A stretch of 33,310 nucleotides of DNA, taken from assembly GCA_003990765.1 (NCBI GenBank), contig RBNJ01000316.1:1-33310 (forward strand), read 5' to 3'. The position numbers and the translations under genes are program-made. A model generated the notes under the pieces. That model made no database searches. It had not been told where the DNA came from and saw only the letters and a program-made list of their open reading frames with translations. Below are positions 24,275 to 33,310 of this stretch, one piece after another; the first letter of the stretch is position 1, and each line of letters starts with the position of its first letter. The stretch comes from Jimgerdemannia flammicorona (lineage: Eukaryota).

Positions 24275-25321
24275 CCCCAGAATGATGACATCAGTACAAA
24301 AGACAGTCTTTTCTTGCAAGCTACTAGATTGGAATACAAGAAGATCATATGGTATATGAGATGAGCAATGATGACCAACTATAAGTTATTGTGACCACAG
24401 TATGGATATCTTGAGGAATATAAAAGAAGGATCAAAGAACTGCAGTAGTAGCAACCAACAAGACCCACTAATCCAAAAATAGCTCAAAGACTTACCATAA
24501 ATAAAATGCCTGCTGCTTGTCAAATCTCAAGATCAAGGAACCACTAAGACACCTCAGTGGAAGAAAGAATATTCCAAGACATCAGAAGAGCCATGAGGAT
24601 CTACTCAAGAAGGACTCCTAGTGTCAACCTAGGTACTAGTGACCCTTATCATTATATTCTCTACTGCTATGAAATGGAAACAAGGATCACTATTGCTACT
24701 AAATGCCTCTAAATGTGGCAGAAGTATGAAATAGGAAACCTCCTCTGCTGAGAGTTCCCACAAGCCAGTACTCAAGAGCTACAAGATACCATTCCTATGG
24801 ATATATGTGAAACAAGAATAGCTAAGAAGATACATCAGATCTTCAGGCATGTATCATGATTGATCTCCAACTTGAAGTATGTTAGAGTCTCAGATTTCAG
24901 AGACCTGTCAGACCACTGTATCAATGCACTAGAAGCCAGAGTGGCTACAGAAGCCCAGTCCACTATTACCCTCAACAGTGATAAAGTAGAAGACTTCTAG
25001 TATCCCATCCTCCAGAACAACCCAGACCAATTCCTGCAAGAATTGATCTCAGTATTCTAAGGCCCAAGTATCCAGGTTAGATCTCCCCAAGACTCTATAT
25101 TTGTTCTCTATTTTGTGAAAGAGAATCTCATAGACTAGAGAGCCCCAGACCTCCTTGTTCTCACTGCTACTAAATGTGATGACATCATTGGCAATAATGT
25201 CATCCCATATAATATATGCAAGATATGCAATAATGATGAATTCACAGACCTCATCTCCTTCAAAGACATCCTGACCTCTGATGAGGATGAAGCCCCTATA
25301 GTCTTGAATATTCTGCTCTAA
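24275..25321 (+). pseudogene. Degenerate U3-encoded accessory ORF of unknown function (~349 codons); second copy in the 5' LTR at ~11824-12814
   Basis: One frame without frameshift in the 3' LTR. It has 11 internal stops, 6 of which are CAA/CAG/TGG sense codons in the 5' LTR copy. Codon style resembles the element's pol. Confidence 0.72.
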
Positions 25322-25323
25322 AG

Positions 25324-25428
25324 TTCTGATGTGATACTGAATTATACTAGTACTGACATTCTGATGTAACACTGAATTATGCCAGCACTAGTATTCTAAT
25401 GTGATACTAAATTATTCCAGCACTATTT
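25324..25428 (+). repeat. 35-bp tandem repeat, 3 copies in the 3' LTR (2 copies in the 5' LTR at 12817-12886)
   Basis: Units starting TTCTGATGTGAYACTGAATT at 25324, 25359 and 25394. Confidence 0.85.
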
Positions 25429-25810
25429 TCCTATATCACTGAAATTATACCAGTATTCTAAACCTATATAACTATCAGTGCCAACCCTAGAACTTAACAG
25501 TTTTTCCTGTTCTGGCATTTTATTTTAGTTATTATTTAGCTTTATATCTTAGCAATTATTGAATTATATTTTGTATAAATATCCCTCTTATTTCCTCTGA
25601 AATAAAGTCAGTCAAGTTCACTTACATACTCTTTCTTGTAAGCAATCTAAGAGATAATAAGACAGTTTAAAGATAAGAAGTTTGAGGACTATAAGACCTT
25701 GAGAAGGCACTCTAATACGAACTTGCTTATAATAAACTTGAGTTAGTCTAAGAGATACACCTTGAAGAAAATCTGGTATATTTGAAGAACTCAGCAACCA
25801 CTATATAACA

Positions 25811-25955
25811 ATAATATACTATATGCTCAGATAATAGATACAAATATATCAATAGTATATTTAAGCAGTTCTTGAGGAAATACAGTATATATTATTATAC
25901 AACAGTATTATATGTTATAGTAAAATAATATAGCCAAGTAATTTAACAATATGGC
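25811..25955 (+). mobile_element. Copia relic A, continuation of the integrase after the Gypsy insertion
   Basis: ctatatgctcagataatagatacaaatatatcaat...ttaagcagttcttg aligns to young-Copia ctacgctcagataatggtaaggagtacgttaat...ttcaagaacttcttg (RSDNG region). Confidence 0.8.
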
Positions 25956-27250
25956 TATTAAAATATCTTAGTTATAGCAACTTAATATATATATAGTAAT
26001 ACAGCCTATCCCTGACTATATCATTATATAAATATTATTAATATGTATAAAAGTATATAAGTTAGTATTAATAAACAATACTCTCTACTTCTCTACTCTT
26101 CTAAATATTTTATAACAAAATGTTATAAGTCCTGCTAGTGAAAGCAGATAATAAATATATCTCTAATATATATATTATACTATACTATAATATCAGTCAA
26201 TATAAGTAATATATAAAATATGAGCCAACCAAGTAGTATAAGTAAAATAGAATCCAGAATAGATACCAGTAGCATAAGTATACCTAATATGATAGTCATG
26301 ACTATAGTAGTACTGATGATGATAAAGAAGATAATTTCTGTCTTCAATAGTAAAGATTATACTATATGAGTATACTATATAAAAAATCTCTTAAAAGAAT
26401 ATAGTTTAGAAGATTACTAAAAGCCACAGGTATAAGTAATGATATACAAAACTATGAAATATTGTAGAATACTAAGAGAGATTATATTCACTCTTTTGAA
26501 TATATAAATAAAACTTATCATCAATACTATAATAGTAAATAAAGCCTGGGAGATCTTATATAATCACTACCAGTAGACATTTGCATCAAACAGATTCCAT
26601 CTGAAAGTACAACTGTTTAATCTCTAAATAAAGTCTAAGAAGAGTATCCAAGATTATACCAATCATATTAACAATCTGGCAAATCAAGTGAACTTTCTTT
26701 CTATGTTGACAGAACTCATCAAGAATGAAGACAAGGTTCTGGCCCTTATATTTAGCCTTTCCAATATATATAATATAGTTGTTATTACTATAAGGAAATC
26801 TAGTAAACTATCAGACTATAAGTATATTATCATAAGTCTTTTAAATGAGTAATTAAGACTAAGTGGCAATGATAACAATAATGGTAATAAAAAAGCCTTC
26901 TATAGAATATATGGGCAAGGCAAAGGTAAGCCAAGTAAATGATGAGACCAAGGCCAGTAATGTGAAAAATTTAATAGTAAATACTTCTACTATAATAAGT
27001 ATATATATTAAGAGTAAGATTACAATCATAAGAAAAAGAAAAAGAGTAGTCAAGATGAGTAATATGGACAATAGTAGATAAATGTCATAGATAATAATAA
27101 CAATAGTAATAATAAAAGTAGTAGAAATAATGAAGGTTTGTTTTTCACAAAAGCAGTGACCTATCTATATACAGAAGGAGTTATAGGAATAGAAAATATT
27201 GATGTTAATACTAGCATAAATATAAGCTATATATCAAGCTCTTATATATA
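25956..27250 (+). mobile_element. Degenerate Copia relic B: eroded 5' LTR, PBS remnant and gag
   Basis: tattaaaatatcttag resembles tgttgagatttctag; PBS remnant gttataagtcc at ~26122; gag colinear with 15489-16470 (for example aaagcctgggagatctta and gacaaggttctggccctta). Confidence 0.8.
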
Positions 27251-27269
27251 TAGCAAAGAAGTTTGAGCA

Positions 27270-28397
27270 TCCTGTATCTAGGAATGAGATCTGATATTTT
27301 ATATACTATAAATAAGATGGTATAGTACTCATCATGTTATGTCAATTTATATTAGAATATCATTAAGAGAATTTTTAGATATATTAAGAAATGTCATACT
27401 ATATACTTACTCTCAATAGATTAAACAAAAGTAATAGTAATAATAATAATAATAATAATAATATACAACTATCTGATATATGTAATACTGATTGGACAAG
27501 AGATTTAGATGATCACTAATCGATAACTGGATACTTCTTTTGATTAAATAATAAAGTGTTTTATAGTAAATATATAAGTAGAATTCAGTAGTAATATCAT
27601 CTATATAAGTGAAGTATCAAGTATTATCTATAGTAATAAAGTAAGCTATTTAACAATATCAACTATAAAAGAAACTCAGATTTAATAAGAAATAATACTA
27701 TACTTATGTATCTATCAGAATAATTAGTTTATAATTGTTATGATAAAAAACTCTATTTATTATAGTAAAATTAAATACATTGATATACAATACTATTATA
27801 TAAGAGAATATATGGAGAATAGAACTATATATTTGGAATATATCCCTATAGAATATATAATTATATATTTACTTATCAAAGCCCTTCTGAGATCAAAATT
27901 TAACCAATATACTAAAGAAATAAGTCTTATAATGAATTATATACCATTAATAAATAATTATAGGATATTTTCATAATAATGAAAAGAAAGCAGAAAAATA
28001 ATACAATATATCTTTCTATATCTCTCTCTTCAAGTATTATATTATAATTATTCATCAGTTCTCCTTTTTCTTCTTCTTTTATATTTGAGATTTTCTACTA
28101 TTAAGATCTATCTATATCTTTTATTTTCACTATAATTTCTTATATTTTAAGTATGGGTAGATAGTATTCTTTTAATATATTTGAAGTTATTTTATAGTTA
28201 TTACTTAGTTATATTATATTCTTATATATTATCTCATTGAGTAAGAATGTTGAAATTTTTATTATTTTAATATCTTGATAATATGACTTATATGTATATA
28301 ACTATGTCATTTTTGAGTTATATCACTCAATGTGTAAATATATACTATCTGGAGTAATAAATAATATTTCTCTCTTCTCTCTACTCTATATTTCAAC
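27270..28397 (+). mobile_element. Degenerate Copia 3' end: RT C-terminus, RNase H, PPT and 3' LTR (~28248-28397)
   Basis: KNSIYYSKIKYIDIQYYYIRE versus KNPIHHARTKHIDIQHHYIGE; tatctcattgagtaagaa|tgttgaaa versus tatctcattgagcgggag|tgttgaga. Confidence 0.82.
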
Positions 28398-28402
28398 TAA
28401 GA

Positions 28403-31400
28403 TATAATATTTTCAAATAATTAAAAATCTTCTCTTAATATTAAAATATTCTTATCTTTTCTCAGTACTAAGTATTATAATGGTTGATCTGAATTAGAAA
28501 CATAAATCAGGAGAATTAGATATTTGATTACAATACCTGAACCCAATTCACAATATAGCATAGCCATATAAATAGCAGTCATAGAACTTTGCTACTAGAG
28601 AATACTTTGCTACTAGCAAATACTTTACTACTAGTGAATACTTTGCTATTAGCAAAATAACTCACAATATAGCCACCTTATAGCTAGCAAACTTATATAA
28701 ATAAAGAGTGAATAAACCTCAGATTGCAATAGTTCAAAAATAAAGAGAAAGTAAAGGAACTAGTAAGCCTACAGGTAGATATACTTTGAACTTATCCACC
28801 CCTGCATTCCAAGAACTCTGCAGAGTCAAAGAAGATCAAGTTTTCAAGATACAGAAATCTGATATACTTCTAAGGTTAAGCATCTACTATGTTACAACTT
28901 GGTGTCCATTAGCTGGTAATTTAAGATAAATTCCTCACTTTCAAGCTGAATAATAAACAATCACCACTACCCAAATAATCATACAAATTGAACTAAGATA
29001 TCTAGACAAGATAGATATGAGATCACCAGTATTCCATAGTTATGCTTCAGATAAGTCAATCATCATCTTTATTGATGATTTTGAGCAATATACTACTATA
29101 AGGAGCCTGATAGCAAGGCAACAAGTAACCCTCATGCTCTTCAGTCTCTGAGGACCAGCAAGAGCAGTATTCACAGCTGCAACCTATGTAAGAAATAATG
29201 ATAATGCTATATTAGTAGTTCAGAAGACCTGACTCCAAGCCACATACTATATAGATGAGATCAAGCAGACACTAAAGGATCAGCTCAATACAATATACTA
29301 AGGAATGAGTGAGGATCTAAATACATTTTATACTAGAATCCAATATCAGATAATCCTTATAGATTATACTACTACTATCAGGGATTAAGTAGCCAAAGCA
29401 ACCTTTATGAAAGGAATCTACTCAGAGATAGCCCTGGATATCTGCTCATTATCAATAGTTCTAGATCTGATACAGAAGGTCACCTATGCTCAGCAATACT
29501 GAATAATCAAACACTCACAAGACTATATAATAGAGAGAGTCACTAGAGTCAGAATTGAAGCACTTAAGGCAACTAGCATAATTCCTATCATAGTGATTAA
29601 TTAAAACACACCTCAACCAAGAGCTATAGAATAATAGAGAAATAGTGACCCTATAGAGGAACTTTTCAAGAAGTTTGCTGAAATGACAGCCCACCTAGGT
29701 GATGTGATAAAGGAAATTAAAGGAAGAGACTGCTGCCCAGTTCAGAAATTTGCCACTACCTCAGACAAGAAGAGAGGTATCTGCTATACTTGTAGAGAAG
29801 AGGGCCACTACTTATATAAATGTATAAGTAAAACTAAGTACAAGGTATAGCCAAGCAATGCTACTCAAAATAAGGAACAGATCAACATCATTATCTTCAA
29901 GAAGATCAGATAATCAGATGAAGAGGAATGGAAAGTCTACTCTACTGAGACTATTAGGAAAGATGTCTGTAAACAACCCTACAAGAGACCACTAGAGAGA
30001 CTCAAGAAGAACCCTGTGAAAAAGCAGATAGAAACTGCTACAGAAAGTCAAAGTAAAGAAATAGATTAAGATATGAAGCTATAACAAGCTGTTCAAGATA
30101 TCATTCAAGAAACCACTCTAGTCAGTAAAGGAGAAAAGAAGAAGAAGCTTTGCAAAACCAAGACCTTCAAGTATGATATCTTCAAGGACCTTAGTTAATA
30201 AAAGATCAATATAACCTTTGGCCAGCTAGTAGAAATATCCACATTCAGATAGAAAATAAGATATGGACTTACTGAGACAACCAAGGAGCAAGGTTGGAAG
30301 ATAACTAAGGCCAACAATGTTCAAAAAGACTTAGGAGAAGAGAGAAAAGACAACTGTAAGACCTCTGCCTATGTAATCTGTCAAATTGAGGACAGAGTCT
30401 TTGAGGCTATCATTAATATAAGAGTAGGAGAATGTCTCCTTAGTAAGAAAGCAGCAGACCACCTAGATTGGGAAGTTGAAGAAGCAACTAAATTAGTGTT
30501 CATCATAGTAGATAGTACAAGAGCCACATCTCTGAGAAAGATCTGAAATGTCTCCATCAAGTTTGGAGGAGCAACTATTCCAGTGAATATAATTATAACC
30601 AATGTCACCAACTATGACATCCTCATTAGCAATCAATGGCTTTATAAAGTCAAGATGGTAATTGATCTAAATGCTCAGAAGATGAAGATTATCTACCAAG
30701 ACCAGAAGATGTGAATTCTGATTAATATCAATAAAGAAGTGCTGCCTAAGATAAAGAAAGAAGAAAGTGAGCAAGAAGAAGCCTATATAGTGACTACTTA
30801 GAAAAAAAAGAAAAAAGTCAGATGGATCAGTGAAGAAGAATGGTGCAAGAAGATTGCAGAAGGATATACTACAAGGAGTCTGCCCCCACAGAATCAAAAT
30901 GTACTATAGTGAGCATATCAATGACTGCTACCAATATAGCATTGGTATTAGAAAGATCTATCAGGAAAGAAGACAGAAGGCTCTCAAAAAACAGGCAAGA
31001 GAAGAGGAGGAGAAGGAAAAGGATGATGAACCATCAGCCCTCCTGAAGGATAGTGATGATGAAGAAGAAATCAAGGTCAAGATTTGGAGGATCTACTCTA
31101 ATACAGTTCTACCAGAATATAAGTCAGAAAATATAGCTGAAATAGATATTGCTACAGTAAAAGAAACTGTACTAGAGCCCCAGACAACCACCCTACTTAC
31201 AACTGGTCTGGAGATGACTATTCCAAAGAACTATATCAGAATCCTCAAGATAAGAAGCAGCCTAGCTAAGAGTGAAATCACAATTGAAAGAGAAGTCATT
31301 GATTTTAATTACATTAAAGAAATATTACTTATTGCTAGAAACTATAATATTTCCAATCAAGAAGAAGAACTGACTGATACAGATATTGATCTTCCCAGTT

Positions 31401-32140
31401 CTTCAGTCAAGGATTATAGAAGTCAAGAAGTTGGATGAAACAGAAAGAGAAAAGAAAGGATTCAGATCCATAGGAAGAGGAGTATTCATCAGTACTAAGA
31501 TTACTGAACTGGACTATAAGAAGGAGATAACTATGAATAAACATAGCTACACTATTGGAAATAAATTCCTACTCAAGAAGGAACTCAAGAAGATACTCTA
31601 TAAATTCAAGAATGTCCTAGCCACAGATTTTAAGGATATCAAAAAAAAAAGACCCCACACTACTATTATGACATAGATATGTATAAGAGATACTGAACCA
31701 ATCTACCAAAAAGCAAGACCAATACTGCCAGCCTACCACAAATGACTCAGAGAAGAAATCAAGCAGATAGAAGAAGCCAGTATTATCAAAGAAGCCAGCA
31801 GCCCCTGGGCCTTCACCAGTTGTACTAGTCTCAAAAAAAGAAAGTAAGCTAGGAGAATTGCCCCAAGACTCTGTATAGATTACAGAAAGCTCAACTTGGT
31901 TACTAAGAAGGATTGTCAACTATCACCCCTCATCAGTGACATCCTTGTAATCTTGAGAGATGAAGTACAATACTACAGCATCTTGGACTTATACTCAGAA
32001 TTCTACCAAATTGGCCTCACTGAAGCAGTAAGTGAAAAGTCAGCCTTTATTACCCCAGATGGAACCTATGTCTACCTGTGAATACTATTTGGAATGTATA
32101 ATATCTTTGCAAGCTTCTAGTGAATGATGAACAAAATCTT
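28403..32140 (+). mobile_element. Ty3/Gypsy element B (sister of A): ~0.5-kb 5' LTR, gag, PR, dUTPase, truncated within RT
   Basis: LTR ends GTTACA (28896) followed by act-TGG PBS; CYTCREEGHYLYKC knuckle; protease remnant ~30400-30650; dUTPase remnant ~31070-31475 (LEPQTTTLL..IRSSL..VIDFNY..REKKGFRSIG); RT SPW..RLCIDYRKLN. The left LTR boundary is inferred from TATAATA as eroded TGTAACA. Confidence 0.88.
28586..28657 (+). repeat. 18-bp tandem repeat, 4 copies, in the Gypsy B LTR
   Basis: ACTTTGCTACTAGNRAAT units at 28586, 28604, 28622 and 28640, upstream of TATATAAATAAA (~28693). Confidence 0.85.
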
Positions 32141-33310
32141 CAAATGCTTCTTTCTCTGCTATCTTACTGGTCACAAGGTTTGGTAGGTGACCTTCTAAGT
32201 CTCCTTTCCCCTATTATTACCCCCTCTATCTTGGGTTGGTTTGCTGTACCTGCATGGGCATGGTGGGAGGAGGTCAATGGTGATGAGTTGCCCCTTTATT
32301 AGTGTTGGATCAGTGTCTTCTCCACTTTTTGTAGTTTCTGGTGCCTTCAGCTATATCTGGAGTGCATCCATTTTGGTGTAGTGCCTTCTTCCTTTTGCCA
32401 TTGCCAATAAGGTAGTGTCTTGGTGTATCTTGGGCTATGTAGAGAGTCGGCCAACCTTGGGCATCAAGTGCTCAGTGTAGGTTACCTACAGGTCTTCAGT
32501 ACCTATGGTGGGGCCCTCTGGCTTTGGCGAGCTTCCCAGCAAGCGCAGTTCTGGCATAGGTGACTGCTTTTTGGGTGTTGTTGGGATGGGAGGGGAGATG
32601 GCCATCACAGATAGGAGGAAGGGTGATAACGGTAAACCAGTAGGGTGTCAGGCTGGGGGTGGTCATTGGGGCTGGGGCAGGTGCTGCTTTGGTGGGGCCT
32701 TTTGATTGGTACAGCATGGTTAGGTGGTAGGTGTCACTCTCAGCTTTTGGCAGTCAGCGGGGTTGGGCCCCAGTCATCAGGGGGGGTTGGGGGGCCCAAG
32801 GCTACCCATTTCAGGTATCTTGGCTGTACTTAACTAGAACCAGGAGCTGATATGGCAATGTGATCAAGGCCTGCAGGCTTGAGTAGTGGAGTATTGGGAG
32901 TTTCCTCCCACCTCATGTGTAAGTCCTTTACTCACCTCGACTGGGAGAACCAGGCCCTATCCACTATATTGTGCTTTGATGAGAGTTTTTCTTTGTCTGT
33001 CATTCTCTTTGGGGTGGCAGGGGCTATTTTATTCAGCTCAGACATAGTCTTGTACATACGTTGGGTTCTCAGGCATGTACTTTCAGTTGTTGGCATATGG
33101 TTGGGTTTTCCCTGATGGTAGGGAGAGCATGGTGCACAGAATGAGGTGTGGGCCAATATAGGCCCTACTGTGCCTAATATGGTTGAGCTGCTGGACAATA
33201 GCTAGCCTAGGTTAATGGGGGGGCAGTGCTTGGTGGGTAGTGGGGAAGGGTTTTGGTCTATATAGTCTAGGTTCCCTTCCAATAAAATTCCACAGGACAT
33301 GAGTCCATTA
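32141..33310. mobile_element. Unidentified CpG-depleted repeat interrupting or truncating Gypsy B RT; runs off the window
   Basis: Sharp compositional switch (G/T-rich on +, the opposite skew to the other elements) with very few CpG despite moderate GC. No recognisable domain. Confidence 0.4.

Larger units (their letters stand above)
11813..25810 (+). mobile_element. Ty3/Gypsy LTR retrotransposon A, full length, degenerate: gag-PR-dUTPase-RT-RNase H-IN, interrupted by the young Copia
   Basis: Paired ~1.5-kb LTRs starting TGTAACAG, PBS-like TGG at 13261, PPT at 24254-24263, and domain order PR-RT-RH-IN. The flanks rejoin as a Copia integrase. Confidence 0.93.
24264..25810 (+). repeat. Gypsy A 3' LTR (~1547 bp), preceded by PPT AGGAGAAAGA
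   Basis: TGTAACAG...ATAACA; homologous along its whole length to 11813-13257. TATAAA at 25574, AATAAA at 25601. Confidence 0.9.

Noticed and set aside
25049..25372. Antisense ORFs in the Gypsy LTRs (also 12562-12804)
   Set aside because: Their frames agree between the two LTRs only over the last ~26 codons. They are shadows of the sense-strand U3 ORF.
25324..25428. 35-bp repeats as a CRISPR array
   Set aside because: Head-to-tail tandem units without spacers, in a eukaryotic LTR, with no cas genes.
11808..25815. Target-site duplication for Gypsy A
   Set aside because: Left TATAT versus right ATAAT is not a clean match. Eroded AT-rich flanks prevent a call, so the boundaries rest on LTR homology.

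Overview
Eukaryotic (fungal) genomic DNA. Intron-rich gene style and the AP-2 mu sequence suggest an early-diverging fungus such as Mucoromycota; this is an inference. Bases 1-10,000 are CpG-rich and genic. They hold mitochondrial ribosomal protein bL27m (- strand, 3 exons) head-to-head with the AP-2 mu subunit (+, 9 exons), a Bet v1/SRPBCC-like protein (5 exons), a 77-aa Cys-rich tail-anchored microprotein invisible in the ORF track, and an orphan coiled-coil gene. From about 10.8 kb to the end lies a CpG-depleted nest of LTR retrotransposons. An old Copia is split inside its integrase by a 14-kb Ty3/Gypsy element, which is itself interrupted by a young full-length Copia (166-bp LTRs, ATACA TSD). 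Further Copia remnants, a sister Gypsy and an unidentified repeat follow. Three highlights: (1) the Gypsy's ~1.5-kb LTR carries a ~350-codon degenerate sense-strand ORF of unknown function in U3, reconstructable from the two LTR copies; (2) both Gypsy copies encode a dUTPase, preceded by a conserved Cys/His module, between protease and RT; (3) all elements show directional C>T/G>A hypermutation at CpG and also CpA, a RIP-like signature graded by nesting order.
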